64,000 nucleotides of DNA, from positions 4,219 through 68,218 of the forward strand of contig MNEF01000083.1 in assembly GCA_001917535.1 (NCBI GenBank), written 5' to 3'. The notes under the pieces are model-generated. The model ran no database searches. It worked only from the letters and a program-made list of their open reading frames with translations, and was not told where the DNA came from. The DNA comes from Candidatus Rokubacteria bacterium 13_1_40CM_69_27 (GTDB taxonomy: Bacteria; Methylomirabilota; Methylomirabilia; Rokubacteriales; CSP1-6). Position 1 is the stretch's first letter. Each line of letters begins with the position of its first letter. The translations under genes were made by a program, and so were the position numbers. This document shows positions 20,533 to 32,177 of this stretch, one piece after another.

Positions 20533-21497
20533 GCAAGGCGCGACGCCTGGCCGAGCGTGTCTTGCGATTGGAGGCCGAGGCGATCCTCGCCCTCATTCCC
20601 CGCCTGGACGAGCGTTTCGACCGGGCGGTCGACCTGCTCTTTCGCTGCACGGGCCGCGTGATCGTCACCGGCATGGGCAAGTCCGGGCTCATCGGGCGGA
20701 AGATCGCCGCCACCCTGGCGTCGACGGGCACGCCCGCGTATTTCCTCCATCCGGCGGAGGGCGTGCATGGCGACCTCGGCATGGTCGCCCGCGGGGACGT
20801 GATGCTGGCGCTGTCGAACTCCGGCGAGACCGACGAGGTGCTGGCGATCCTCCCGCCCCTCAAGCGGCTCGGCGTGCCCATCGTGCTCCTCACCGGCAAC
20901 CCGCAGTCCACGCTCGCCCGCCTGTGCGAGGTCGTCCTGGACGTCGCCGTGGCCGAGGAGGCGTGCCCCATGAATCTCGCGCCCACCTCGAGCACGACGG
21001 CGGCCCTCGCCGTGGGCGACGCGGTCGCCATGGCGCTGCTGGAGCTGCGCGGGCTGAGAGCGGAGGACTTCGCCGCGCTCCATCCACGCGGCAGCCTGGG
21101 CTGGCGCACGCTCTTCCGCATCGCGGATCTCATGCACAGCGGCGACGACGTGCCCGTCGTTCGGGCGGAGGCGCTCATGAAGGACGTCATCGTCGAGATG
21201 ACGCGCAAACGCCTCGGCATGACGACGGTGGTGGATGCCGACAGCCGCCTGCTCGGCGTGATCACCGACGGCGATTTGCGCCGGATGCATCTCCGTGCGG
21301 AGCCGGTCGCCAACCTCCGCGCCGGCGAGGTCGCCTCGCGCACACCCAAGACGATCGCCGCCGACGATCTGGCCGCCAAAGCGCTGGAGGTGATGGAGAC
21401 CTTCGCGATCACCAGCCTCGTCATCGTCGACGGCGAGCAGCGGCCGGTGGGCGTCATCCACCTCCACGACATCCTTCGCGCCAAGATCGACATGTAG
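20529..21497 (+). CDS. kdsD: arabinose-5-phosphate isomerase (KpsF/GutQ/KdsD family)
   Basis: SIS domain ([27 protein letters not shown]) plus CBS pair; ATGA overlap with kdsA. Confidence 0.9.
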   Translation: MSKARRLAERVLRLEAEAILALIPRLDERFDRAVDLLFRCTGRVIVTGMGKSGLIGRKIAATLASTGTPAYFLHPAEGVHGDLGMVARGDVMLALSNSGETDEVLAILPPLKRLGVPIVLLTGNPQSTLARLCEVVLDVAVAEEACPMNLAPTSSTTAALAVGDAVAMALLELRGLRAEDFAALHPRGSLGWRTLFRIADLMHSGDDVPVVRAEALMKDVIVEMTRKRLGMTTVVDADSRLLGVITDGDLRRMHLRAEPVANLRAGEVASRTPKTIAADDLAAKALEVMETFAITSLVIVDGEQRPVGVIHLHDILRAKIDM

Positions 21498-21548
21498 TTG
21501 CGGCGCAGGACCTTTTCTCCTTCCACGCTCTCCAGCCATGTGATAGGC

Positions 21549-21564
21549 TGGTATCGAATTTGCA
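21549..21564 (+). promoter_or_regulatory. sigma-54-type -24/-12 promoter-like motif upstream of lptC
   Basis: TGGTATCGAATTTGCA: GG (21550-21551) and GC (21562-21563) at the canonical 12-nt register of TGGCAC-N5-TTGCA; sits in the kdsD-lptC gap. Confidence 0.3.
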
Positions 21565-21574
21565 GGGTGCCAAC

Positions 21575-22129
21575 ATGGATCGTGTGGCGCGCCGCATCCT
21601 CGTGATCGTCGCCCTGTTCGTCCTGATCGTGGCGGGCATCCTCGTCGCCAGGAGCCGGACGGTCCGCACCGAAGTGCTCGGACCCCGGCCGTCGAGCGCG
21701 GACATGAGCCTCAAGGAAGTCCAGCTTCAGGAGGAGTCCGCCGGTGGCGGCCGGTGGCAGCTCGTGGCAGATCAGGCCTCGGTGTTCGACCAGGAGGGGC
21801 GGACGGCCCTGCGCAAGGTCACCGTGCATGTCCAGGACCGGGATCGGACCTGGACGATCGTCGGCGAAGAAGGGGATTTCTTCAAGGACACGAAGAACCT
21901 CGAGCTCCGCCGGAACGTGGTGCTCACGTCCGACGACGGGCTCCGGCTGGAGACGAGCGTGCTCCGCTGGCAGGGCGCCGAGCGCCGGATGTGGACGGAC
22001 GCCCCGGTCAAACTCTTCCGCGAGGGGACGGTCATCGACGGCACCGCCCTCGACGTACGGATGGCCGACGAGGCCACCACGGTCAAGGGCCCGGTGCGGG
22101 CGACGTTCAGGCGCGGACAGGGGCAGTGA
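21575..22129 (+). CDS. lptC: LPS export system protein LptC
   Basis: Single N-terminal TM then OstA-like beta-jellyroll pattern; position before lptA-lptB. Confidence 0.75.
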   Translation: MDRVARRILVIVALFVLIVAGILVARSRTVRTEVLGPRPSSADMSLKEVQLQEESAGGGRWQLVADQASVFDQEGRTALRKVTVHVQDRDRTWTIVGEEGDFFKDTKNLELRRNVVLTSDDGLRLETSVLRWQGAERRMWTDAPVKLFREGTVIDGTALDVRMADEATTVKGPVRATFRRGQGQ

Positions 22130-22713
22130 GGAGGCGCGCGCTGATCGGGCTCGGGCTGCTCGCCGCCGCGCTGGGAGCCCCCGTGGCCGTGCCGGCGCAG
22201 ACGGGGGCGGCCCCGCCGGCGGCGAGGCCGCCCACTCGCGGCGAGGACCGGAATCAGCCCGTGACCGTCGACGCCGACAGGATGGAGCGCTTCGGCAAGG
22301 AGAGCCTCGTCATCTTCATCGGGAACGTCGTGGCGCGCCAGAATAACTCCGTACAGTACGCCGACCGCATGGAAGTCTATCTCGACGAGAAGGGCGACCG
22401 GATCTTGCGCACCGTGTCGACCGGGAACGTGCGCATCGTCACCAAGGACTGCCGGACGGGTACGGCCAAGCGCGCAGAGTACTTCGACCTCGAGCAGCGC
22501 ATGGTGTTGATCGGCAACGCCCGGGTCTGGCAAGAGGACAACGTGGTGAGCGGCGACACGATCACCATCTTCCTCTCCCAGGACCGCAGCATCGTCCAGG
22601 GGGGACGCCAGGAGCGGGTCAAGGCGGTCTTCTACCAGAAGGACCAGGCCAAGCCGGCGGACTCGACGGCGACTGCGGCGACCTCGAAACCCCAGTCGGG
22701 TTGCGAGAACTGA
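22126..22713 (+). CDS. lptA: LPS transport periplasmic protein LptA
   Basis: Signal peptide, OstA-like repeats (VTVDADRME...GNVVARQ...GNVRIV...GNARVWQ); GTGA overlap with lptC. Confidence 0.8.
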   Translation: MRRRALIGLGLLAAALGAPVAVPAQTGAAPPAARPPTRGEDRNQPVTVDADRMERFGKESLVIFIGNVVARQNNSVQYADRMEVYLDEKGDRILRTVSTGNVRIVTKDCRTGTAKRAEYFDLEQRMVLIGNARVWQEDNVVSGDTITIFLSQDRSIVQGGRQERVKAVFYQKDQAKPADSTATAATSKPQSGCEN

Positions 22714-22717
22714 GCCG

Positions 22718-23440
22718 ATGGAAGGCCTGGTCGCTCTCGAGCTGACGAAGTGGTTCAAGCACCGGAAGGTCGTCGACCACGTGTCGCTCGACATCCAGCG
22801 GGGCGAGGTGGTCGGCCTGCTCGGGCCCAACGGCGCCGGCAAGACGACGTCCTTCTACATGATGGTCGGGCTCCTGGCGACGGACCGCGGCCGCATCTTC
22901 CTGGAGGGCGAGGAGATCACCGCGCTGCCCATGTACCGCCGGTGCCGGATGGGGCTCGGCTATCTCCCTCAGGAGTCGTCGGTGTTCCGGAAGCTGACCG
23001 TCGAGGAAAACCTCCTGGCGATCCTGGAGACGCTGGATCTCACGGCCGCCGAGCGGCGCGAGCGCTGCCATGAGCTCCTGGCCGAGCTGGACCTCACCCC
23101 GCTGGCCCCCTATTCCGCCGACACGCTCTCCGGCGGCGAGCGGCGCCGGCTCGAGATCACGCGGGCGCTGGTGACCTCGCCGCAGTACCTGCTCCTGGAC
23201 GAGCCGTTCACCGGGATCGATCCCATCGCCATCGGTGACATCCAGGAGATCATCGCGCGGCTGCGCGATCGCGGCATCGGGATCCTCATCACCGACCACA
23301 ACGTCCGGGAAACGCTTTCGATCACCGACCGCGCCTACATTCTCTATGGTGGTAAGGTGCTGGTCTCGGGCACCGCCACCGAAATTGCCACCAACGCGAC
23401 CGCCCGGGAGATCTACCTGGGCGAGCGGTTCTCTCTCTAG
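22718..23440 (+). CDS. lptB: LPS export ABC transporter ATP-binding protein LptB
   Basis: Walker A GPNGAGKTT, signature LSGGERRR, Walker B LLLDEPF, 240 aa. Confidence 0.93.
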   Translation: MEGLVALELTKWFKHRKVVDHVSLDIQRGEVVGLLGPNGAGKTTSFYMMVGLLATDRGRIFLEGEEITALPMYRRCRMGLGYLPQESSVFRKLTVEENLLAILETLDLTAAERRERCHELLAELDLTPLAPYSADTLSGGERRRLEITRALVTSPQYLLLDEPFTGIDPIAIGDIQEIIARLRDRGIGILITDHNVRETLSITDRAYILYGGKVLVSGTATEIATNATAREIYLGERFSL

Positions 23441-23457
23441 CCCGGAAGAGCACCGCC

Positions 23458-24912
23458 ATGGCGATGGAAACCCGACTCTCCCTCCGGCAGAGCCAGCGGG
23501 TTGTCATGACCCCGCTGCTGCAGCAGGCGATCCAGCTTCTGCAACTCTCCACGCTCGAGCTGCAGGAGGTGGTGCAGAAGGAGTTGCTGGAGAACCCGCT
23601 CCTGGAGGAAGTGCCGACCGAGCCGGAGACGCCGGACAGCCCGCAGGCTCCCGACGTACCGACCCCACCCACCTCCCCGCTGGCGCCGGTGGAGCCGTCC
23701 CCGGTCGACAAGGAGCGGACCACCGACGACCTGCCGTTCGACCTGCCCGCGATCATGTTCGACGACGATCACGAGGAGCGCTCGCTCGTCGCCCAGGAGG
23801 AGCGGGACGAGCTGCCCTTCGAGAACATGGTGCGCTCCGAATCGTCGCTCACCGATCACCTGGAGGAGCAGCTCCGGTTCTCCACCGCGGACCCCGTGAT
23901 CCGCCGGATCGGCAACGAGATCATCGGTAACCTGGACGACGATGGTTACCTGCGCGCGGAGCCCAGCGAGATTGCCCAGCGCTGCGACGTCTCCGTGGAG
24001 GAGGCCGAGCGCGTGCTGGCGATGGTGCAGGGCTTCGACCCGCCCGGCATCGCCGCCCGCTCCGTCCAGGAGTGCCTGTTGATCCAGCTCAAGAGCGACC
24101 CCAATCCGGATCCGGTCTCGGTCGAGATCGTCGAGCAGCACTTCGAGGACCTCTCGCGCCGCCGGTACCCCGACATCGCGCGGGCGCTCAAGCTGCCCTT
24201 GGACCGCGTGATGGAGTCGGTGGAAGAGATCATGGGCCTGGAGCCGAAGCCAGGGCGCCGCTTCGGGGGCAACGACTCGCGCTACATCGTGCCCGACGTC
24301 GTCGTTCACAAGATGGGTGGCGATTACGTCGTCGTCCTCAACGAGGACGGCATCCCCCGCCTGCGGGTCAACTCGCTCTACCGGTCGCTGCTCCGGACCG
24401 CCGGTGACGAAGCGCGCCAGTACGTCGAGCAGAAGCTCCGCTCGGCGGTGTGGCTGATCAAGAGCGTGGACCAGCGGCAGCGGACGCTCCGGAAGGTGAC
24501 CCAGTCGATCGTCAAGTTCCAGCGGGAGTTCCTCGACAAAGGGCTGCCGTACCTGCGGCCTCTGTCCCTGCGCGATGTCGGCGAAGACATCGGCATGCAC
24601 GAGTCCACCATCAGCCGGGTCACCACGAACAAGTACGTGGAGACGCCGCAAGGGCTCTTCGAGCTGAAGTTCTTCTTCCACAGCGGTATCGCCTCCGACG
24701 GCGGCGACATGGTCTCCTCCGTGTCCGTCAAGAAGATGATCCAGGACCTGCTGGCCAACGAGGATCCCTCCAAGCCCCTCTCCGACCAGGAGGTGGCCCA
24801 GATCCTCAAGGGGCGGGGGCTCGTGATCGCGCGGCGGACAGTGGCCAAGTACCGGGAGGAGCTGGGGATCCTACCCTCCCATCAGCGCCGCCTCGCGCCC
24901 AAGCGGCGGTAG
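23458..24912 (+). CDS. rpoN: RNA polymerase sigma-54 factor
   Basis: N-terminal Q/L-rich region, core-binding domain, C-terminal RpoN box ARRTVAKYRE. Confidence 0.96.
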   Translation: MAMETRLSLRQSQRVVMTPLLQQAIQLLQLSTLELQEVVQKELLENPLLEEVPTEPETPDSPQAPDVPTPPTSPLAPVEPSPVDKERTTDDLPFDLPAIMFDDDHEERSLVAQEERDELPFENMVRSESSLTDHLEEQLRFSTADPVIRRIGNEIIGNLDDDGYLRAEPSEIAQRCDVSVEEAERVLAMVQGFDPPGIAARSVQECLLIQLKSDPNPDPVSVEIVEQHFEDLSRRRYPDIARALKLPLDRVMESVEEIMGLEPKPGRRFGGNDSRYIVPDVVVHKMGGDYVVVLNEDGIPRLRVNSLYRSLLRTAGDEARQYVEQKLRSAVWLIKSVDQRQRTLRKVTQSIVKFQREFLDKGLPYLRPLSLRDVGEDIGMHESTISRVTTNKYVETPQGLFELKFFFHSGIASDGGDMVSSVSVKKMIQDLLANEDPSKPLSDQEVAQILKGRGLVIARRTVAKYREELGILPSHQRRLAPKRR

Positions 24913-24926
24913 GAGCGGCGGCCACG

Positions 24927-25454
24927 ATGCAGGTGATCATCAGCGGCCGTGGCGTCCTGCTCACGCCGGGGTTCAAGGCGCTGGTCGAACGCAAGGTGAC
25001 CAAGCTCGCCCGCGTGCTCCCGAAGGTCCTCGATGCCCGGGTCGTGTGCGCGGCTGAGAAGTTCCGCCGGACGGCCCGGCTGACGCTGCGGGCCCAGCGG
25101 CGGACCTTCTCGAGCGAGGCGACGGCCGGCGACCTCGTCACGGCGGTGGACGACGCGGTCGAGGCCCTCGGCCGGCAGGTCCGCGAGGACAAGGATCGCC
25201 GTCGCCAGCACAAGGGACGGGCCGGGCGGCCGCGCACGCCAAGTCGCCCGCCGACCGGCGCCGATGCGGGAGCGGGGCCGGACCTGGTGCCGCGCCGCCT
25301 GGTCGCCAAGCCCATGTCGGTGGAGGAGGCGGTGATGCAGCTCGGCCTTCGCGACGGCCAGTTCCTCGTCTTCCGCAACGCCGAGACCAGCGACGTCAAC
25401 GTGCTCTACCGCCGCCGCAACGGCGGTCTGGGACTCATCGAGCCAGTGGCGTGA
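24927..25454 (+). CDS. hpf: ribosome hibernation-promoting factor, long form
   Basis: S30AE N-domain (MQVIISGRGVLLTPGFKALVERKV) plus C-terminal dimerisation domain (KPMSVEEAVMQL...VFRNAETSDVNVLYRR). Confidence 0.85.
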   Translation: MQVIISGRGVLLTPGFKALVERKVTKLARVLPKVLDARVVCAAEKFRRTARLTLRAQRRTFSSEATAGDLVTAVDDAVEALGRQVREDKDRRRQHKGRAGRPRTPSRPPTGADAGAGPDLVPRRLVAKPMSVEEAVMQLGLRDGQFLVFRNAETSDVNVLYRRRNGGLGLIEPVA

Positions 25455-26326
25455 CGGCGGCCGAGTCGATCGGGTTCGTGGTCATCACTGGCATGAGCGG
25501 GGCTGGCAAGAGCTTCGCCATCAAGTGCTTCGAGGACATGGGCTACTTCTGCGTCGACAACCTGCCGACCACGCTGATCCCCACCTTCTCGGACCTGGTC
25601 GCCCGGTCGATGCAGAAGATCCGTCGCGTCGCGCTGGGCGTGGACGTGCGGGAAGGGGAGTACCTCTCGCACCTCCTCGACGCGCTCCAGGCGCTCAAGG
25701 CGCGCCGCCATGCGGTGGAGGTCCTCTTCATCGAGGCCGGCGACGAGGCGCTCGTGCGCCGCTACCACGAGACGCGCCGACGCCACCCGCTGGCCGGCGA
25801 CGGTCACGTGCTCGACGCGATCCGGGCCGAGCGCAAGGCGCTAGCCCACATGCGCGAGATCGCCGATCGGATCGTCGATACCTCGGCGTTGACCGTCCAC
25901 CAGTTCCGGGATCTCCTCGTCGAGCTCTATGGGGCGCCGAAGGCGCGGGCGGGGCTGGCGACGATGCTGGTCTCCTTCGGCTTCAAGCACGGCATCCCGA
26001 TCGATGCCGACCTGGTCTTCGACGTCCGCTTCCTGGCCAATCCTCATTTCGTCGACAATCTCCGGGCCCTGGACGGCCGGGACCCGCGCGTGCGGGAGTT
26101 CATCATGCGCCATCCCGAGAGCCGGGAGCTGCTGGCGCGCCTGCAAGACCTGCTGCGGTTCCTCCTGCCCGCCTACGAGCGGGAGGGCAAGGCGTACATG
26201 ACGATCGCCGTCGGCTGCACCGGCGGGCGCCACCGCTCGGTCGCCGTCGTGGAGGAACTCAGGCCGTTCCTCGACGAGCTCGGCCTCGCGCCGAGCGTCG
26301 TGCACCGGGATCTGGATCGCGAGTAG
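25451..26326 (+). CDS. rapZ: RNase adapter protein RapZ (YhbJ family P-loop NTPase)
   Basis: VVITGMSGAGKS P-loop, FCVDNLP, C-terminal GCTGGRHRSV motif. Confidence 0.92.
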   Translation: MTAAESIGFVVITGMSGAGKSFAIKCFEDMGYFCVDNLPTTLIPTFSDLVARSMQKIRRVALGVDVREGEYLSHLLDALQALKARRHAVEVLFIEAGDEALVRRYHETRRRHPLAGDGHVLDAIRAERKALAHMREIADRIVDTSALTVHQFRDLLVELYGAPKARAGLATMLVSFGFKHGIPIDADLVFDVRFLANPHFVDNLRALDGRDPRVREFIMRHPESRELLARLQDLLRFLLPAYEREGKAYMTIAVGCTGGRHRSVAVVEELRPFLDELGLAPSVVHRDLDRE

Positions 26327-26331
26327 GGCCC

Positions 26332-28428
26332 GTGAGCGGTGGGCGGCTGGCGCTCGGTTTTGGCGTCCATAATCACCAGCCTGTCGGCCAGTTCGATCAC
26401 GTTCTCGAGGAGGCCACGGCCCGGGCGTACCGACCCTTCCTCGAGCGCCTGCACGCCCACCCCGAAGTCCGCCTGACCGCGCACTGGACGGGAAGCCTCC
26501 TGGAGTGGCTCCGCGAGCGCTCGCCGGCCACGTTCGATCTGCTGGCGACCGTGGTCGGCCGCGGCCAGGTCGAGCTGCTCACCGGGGGGTTCTACGAGCC
26601 GATCCTGGCCATCCTCCCCGACCACGACAAGGTCGGCCAGATCGAGCTCCTCACCGACTTCATCAAGTCGCACTTCGGCGTCCGCCCCCGCGGCATGTGG
26701 CTGGCCGAGCGCGTGTGGGAGCCCCAGCTGCCCCGGACCATCCGGGACGCGGGCGTCGAGTACGTGCTCGTCGACGACCGTCACTTCGCCCTCGCCGGCT
26801 TCGACCCCGACACGCTGGGCGGCTATTACCTCACCGAAGACCAGGGGGCCGTGGTCGGCGTCTTCCCCATCAACCAGCGCCTGCGCTACCTGATCCCGTT
26901 CGCCGAGGTGGAGGCCACGGTCGAGTACCTCGAGAGTCGGCGGGCGCGGGTGGAAATGCTGACGATGGTGGACGACGGCGAGAAGTTCGGGGTCTGGCCA
27001 GGCACCCACGCGCTCGTCTACGAGCGAAAGTGGCTCGACCGCTTCTTCGACCGTCTCCTCGCGCTCCCCTGGCTCGAGCTGACCACGTTCGCCGATGTCG
27101 TCGACCGGTTCCGGGCCACCGGTCGGGTCTACCTGCCGACCGCCTCCTACCGCGAGATGGGCGAATGGGCGCTGCCACCGGCGGCCGGGCGCCAGCTGGA
27201 GATCGCCAAGCGCGACGTGGGCACGCTCGCCGACGGGGCCCGGCTGCAAACGCTGCTGCGCGGTGGCTTCTGGCGCGCCTTCCTGGTGAAATACCCCGAG
27301 GTCGCGGACGTCTACTGGAAGATGCTCCGGCTGTCGCAGGCGATCCACCGCGAGGCGGCCCGGCGCCCGGACGACGCCCGGATCGCCCAGGCTCGGACTG
27401 CGCTCTGGCGCGGCCAGGCCAACGACGCGTACTGGCACGGGGTTTTCGGCGGCTGCTATCTGCCGCATCTCCGGCGCGCCGTCAAGCAGTCACTGCTCGA
27501 GGCCGAGCGCCTGCTGGCCTGCGCGGTGGGCGCGCCCGAGGTGGCGTGGACGCGCGCCGATGGCAACGGCGACGGGCGCGAAGAGATCCACGTCCGCACG
27601 CGCGAGCTCGTGGTGACGCTCAATCCCGAGGTGGGCGGCACCCTCACGGAGCTGAGCCATCTCGGGCGCGCGCTCGATCTGGCCGACGTGCTGGCACGCC
27701 GGCCCGAGACGTACCACGACCAGCTCCGGCAGCAGGGTGACGCCCCCGCCCCCGCGGCCGCCGAGGTGCGGACGATCCATGAGCGGCCCGCCGCCAAGGA
27801 GGCCGGACTCGGCGATCTGCTGGCCTACGATGACCTCCGTCGCGGATCTCTGCTGGACGGCCTCTTCCCCGCCGCCGGCGACCTCGACCCCATCGCGCCC
27901 TGGCGGGCCGCCCGGGTGGCGCTCGGTCGGGCGCGATTCGGCCCGCGCGTCGAAGAGACGCCGGGCGGCGTCGCCGTGGTGCTCACGCTCGAGCCCGGGG
28001 ACGACACGCCACTCCGGGTCGAAAAGCGCGTCCTGATCGGCGCGGCCACGGTCGAAGCCCGCTACCGGCTCCGGCCGACGGCGCCGCTCCTGGGCCGCTG
28101 GGCGATTCAGTGGAATCTCGCGCTCACCGCCGGCGACGGGCCCGATCGGTACCTGGCGCTGCCCGGCCGGCCCCCGCTCCGAAGCACCGGGCGACGAGCC
28201 GATGTCTCGAGCGTCACGCTGGTCGACGAATGGATCGGCATCGAGGCGCGTCTGGCCTGGAGCCCGGCGGCCGAGCTCTTGTGGGGACCCGTGGAGACGG
28301 TATCGGTGTCGGAAGGAGGCTTCGAACGAATCTACCAGGGCACCGCCTTTCTCATCGTGTGGCCGCTCCCGGCCGTATCCTTTGAGGAATGGGAGCTGAT
28401 GACCAGCTTGAGCGCGAGCGCGCGGTGA
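26332..28428 (+). CDS. GH57-family alpha-amylase / 4-alpha-glucanotransferase domain protein
   Basis: FGVHNHQPVGQF, YEPILAILP, MWLAERVWEP, DDGEKFG blocks of glycoside hydrolase family 57; GTG 26332 chosen because the upstream part of the track ORF lies inside rapZ. Confidence 0.8.
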   Translation: MSGGRLALGFGVHNHQPVGQFDHVLEEATARAYRPFLERLHAHPEVRLTAHWTGSLLEWLRERSPATFDLLATVVGRGQVELLTGGFYEPILAILPDHDKVGQIELLTDFIKSHFGVRPRGMWLAERVWEPQLPRTIRDAGVEYVLVDDRHFALAGFDPDTLGGYYLTEDQGAVVGVFPINQRLRYLIPFAEVEATVEYLESRRARVEMLTMVDDGEKFGVWPGTHALVYERKWLDRFFDRLLALPWLELTTFADVVDRFRATGRVYLPTASYREMGEWALPPAAGRQLEIAKRDVGTLADGARLQTLLRGGFWRAFLVKYPEVADVYWKMLRLSQAIHREAARRPDDARIAQARTALWRGQANDAYWHGVFGGCYLPHLRRAVKQSLLEAERLLACAVGAPEVAWTRADGNGDGREEIHVRTRELVVTLNPEVGGTLTELSHLGRALDLADVLARRPETYHDQLRQQGDAPAPAAAEVRTIHERPAAKEAGLGDLLAYDDLRRGSLLDGLFPAAGDLDPIAPWRAARVALGRARFGPRVEETPGGVAVVLTLEPGDDTPLRVEKRVLIGAATVEARYRLRPTAPLLGRWAIQWNLALTAGDGPDRYLALPGRPPLRSTGRRADVSSVTLVDEWIGIEARLAWSPAAELLWGPVETVSVSEGGFERIYQGTAFLIVWPLPAVSFEEWELMTSLSASAR

Positions 28429-29477
28429 CGCTCGACGATCCGGCGGCCATTGCGCGGGGCGACGCCCACCGGACGCGGGAGGTGCTGGCGGCCTTCCCGG
28501 CCCAGTGTCGCGAGGCGGTCGGGTTGCGGCCGGAGCCGGGCGGCCCGTTCGTCCGGCCTCGCGCGGTGATCGTCGCTGGCATGGGGGGCTCCGCCGCGGG
28601 CGCCGATCTGCTCGCCGCCTGCGCCGCCGAGCGCCTCGACGTGCCGGTCCTGGTCCACCGGGGCTACGGCCTTCCGGCGCTCGTCGGCCAGCGCGATCTC
28701 GTGATCGTCGTGTCGTACTCCGGGGACACGGCGGAGACGCTGTCGGCGGCGGAAGCAGCGCTCGAGCGCGGCTCGTCGCTCGTCGCCGTCACGGCGGGCG
28801 GCCGGCTGGGGGCGCTGGCGGCGCAGCGGAACCTGCCGCGGGTGGCCCTGCCCACCGGGCTGATGCCCCGGATGGCCCTGGGGTATCTCTTCTTCCCGCT
28901 GCTCGCGATCCTGAAATCGGCCGACCTGACGGTCGTGAAGGACAGCGAAGTGGACGAGGCCCTCGTCGCCCTGGACGCGCAGGCGGGGGCGCTCGGACCC
29001 GGGCGTCCGGCCGCCGAGAACGAGGCCAAGCGCCTGGCGCTCGCGCTAGGCAGCCGGCTGCCGGTGATCTACGGCGGGCCGCTCACCGGCGCCGTCGCCT
29101 ACCGGTGGAAGACCGACCTCGCGGAAAACGCCAAGACGTTTGCGGCGGCCGGCACGCTGCCCGAGATGAACCACAACGAGATCGAGGCGTGGGGCAGCCC
29201 CTTCGCGCGCCAGATGCAGCTCGTCCTCCTGCGCGACCACGAGGAGACGCCCGAGATCGCCCGCCGCTTCGCGCTCCTGCGCGAGCTCATCGGTGCCGCC
29301 GCCGGGGGGATCAGTGAAGTGTGGGCGCGGGGAACGGGGTGCGCGGCGCGGCTGCTGTCGCTGATCACGCTCGGCCAGTGGACGAGCTTTTACCTGGCGA
29401 TTCTCCGCGGCGTCGATCCATGGCCCGTGCCGACGCTCGACGCGCTCAAGACTCGCTTGCGCGGCGGCGCGCCGTGA
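28389..29477 (+). CDS. bifunctional phosphoglucose/phosphomannose isomerase (SIS family)
   Basis: Two SIS-like halves (VIVAGMGGSAAGADL; VSYSGDTAETL), NHNEIEAW motif; 40-nt overlap with upstream gene. Confidence 0.75.
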   Translation: MGADDQLERERAVTLDDPAAIARGDAHRTREVLAAFPAQCREAVGLRPEPGGPFVRPRAVIVAGMGGSAAGADLLAACAAERLDVPVLVHRGYGLPALVGQRDLVIVVSYSGDTAETLSAAEAALERGSSLVAVTAGGRLGALAAQRNLPRVALPTGLMPRMALGYLFFPLLAILKSADLTVVKDSEVDEALVALDAQAGALGPGRPAAENEAKRLALALGSRLPVIYGGPLTGAVAYRWKTDLAENAKTFAAAGTLPEMNHNEIEAWGSPFARQMQLVLLRDHEETPEIARRFALLRELIGAAAGGISEVWARGTGCAARLLSLITLGQWTSFYLAILRGVDPWPVPTLDALKTRLRGGAP

Positions 29478-29562
29478 GGAACGCGCGCGCCCGAAATGAC
29501 TCGAAAGTCCGGCGGCTGCGTGCTACACTGACCCGAATTTTTCTGCAGGAGGGCTGACGAAC

Positions 29563-30714
29563 ATGGCGCGGGACGAGTACCTGTTCACGTCGGAATCGGT
29601 CACGGAGGGTCATCCCGACAAGATCGCCGACCAGATCTCCGACGCGGTTCTCGATGCGATCATCGGACAGGATCCGATCGGACGGGTGGCCTGCGAATCA
29701 CTCCTCACCACCGGCCTGGTGGTGGTGGCGGGCGAGATCACCACCGCGTGCTACGTCGACATCCCGCGCATCGCCCGCGAGACGATCCAGCAGGTCGGCT
29801 ACACCCGCGCCAAGTACGGTTTCGATTCCGAAACGTGTGGCGTGATCACGGCCATCGACGAGCAGTCCGCCGACATCGCGGTGGGCGTGGACAACCTGGG
29901 CGCGGGCGATCAGGGGCTGATGTTCGGCTTCGCCTGCACGGAGACGCCCGAGCTGATGCCGCTGCCCATCACGCTCGCCCACAAGCTGGTGATGAGGCTG
30001 GCCCAGCTGAGGAAGTCCGGCGCCATCGACTGGCTGCGGCCGGACGGCAAGTCCCAGGTCAGCGTCCGCTACGTGGACGGCAAGCCGCGCGCGGTGGAGA
30101 CGGTCGTCGTCTCGACCCAGCACGGCCCCGACGTATCGAGCGAGCGGATCCGCGAGGACGTCATCGAGCAGTGCATCGTGCCGACGATCCCCGCCGAGTT
30201 GCTGGACCGCAAGAAATGCGTCTTCCACGTCAACCCGACCGGACGGTTCGTGACCGGCGGCCCGATGGGGGACACCGGGCTCACCGGACGCAAGATCATC
30301 GTCGACACCTACGGCGGTTCCTGCCCGCACGGGGGCGGCGCCTTCTCGGGCAAGGATCCCACCAAGGTCGATCGCTCGGCCTGTTACATGGCGCGCCACG
30401 TGGCCAAGAACATCGTGGCCGCCGGCCTGGCCGAGCGGGCGCTGGTGCAGGTCGCCTACGCCATCGGTGTCGCCGATCCGGTCTCGATCATGGTGGACAC
30501 CTATGGCACCGGCACGCTGCCGAACGCGAGGCTCCAGGAGATGATCCGGCGCCACTTCGACTTCACGCCCGCCGGCATCATCAAGTATCTGAACCTGCGC
30601 CGCCCCATTTACAAGAAGACGGCGGCGTACGGGCACTTCGGCCGATCCGAGCCGGAGTTCACCTGGGAGCGGACCGATCGGGTGAAGGACCTGCGCGACG
30701 ACGCCGGGAATTAA
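29563..30714 (+). CDS. metK: S-adenosylmethionine synthase
   Basis: [48 protein letters not shown]. Confidence 0.98.
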   Translation: MARDEYLFTSESVTEGHPDKIADQISDAVLDAIIGQDPIGRVACESLLTTGLVVVAGEITTACYVDIPRIARETIQQVGYTRAKYGFDSETCGVITAIDEQSADIAVGVDNLGAGDQGLMFGFACTETPELMPLPITLAHKLVMRLAQLRKSGAIDWLRPDGKSQVSVRYVDGKPRAVETVVVSTQHGPDVSSERIREDVIEQCIVPTIPAELLDRKKCVFHVNPTGRFVTGGPMGDTGLTGRKIIVDTYGGSCPHGGGAFSGKDPTKVDRSACYMARHVAKNIVAAGLAERALVQVAYAIGVADPVSIMVDTYGTGTLPNARLQEMIRRHFDFTPAGIIKYLNLRRPIYKKTAAYGHFGRSEPEFTWERTDRVKDLRDDAGN

Positions 30715-32160
<1,446 letters not shown>

Positions 32161-32177
32161 CGGCCGGCTGCAGCGCG

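Noticed and set aside
25525-26331. N-terminal roughly 270 codons of the 967-aa ORF preceding the GH57 domain. The same pattern occurs at 15832-16281, 20387-21574, 31554-32177, 40455-41171, 43834-43980 and 57101-57679.
   Set aside because: These upstream extensions run out of frame through the preceding well-supported genes and are Arg/Pro-rich. Internal starts placed right after the upstream stop give proteins with normal N-termini.
27424-27445. Additional sigma-54-like TGGCAC motifs (27429 TGGCACGGGGTTTTC; 40444 TGGCACGAGCTGTGC)
   Set aside because: Both lie deep inside coding sequences (GH57 gene, valS). Both deviate at the TTGC -12 element (TTTC and GTGC), and the first loses the critical G of the -12 GC.
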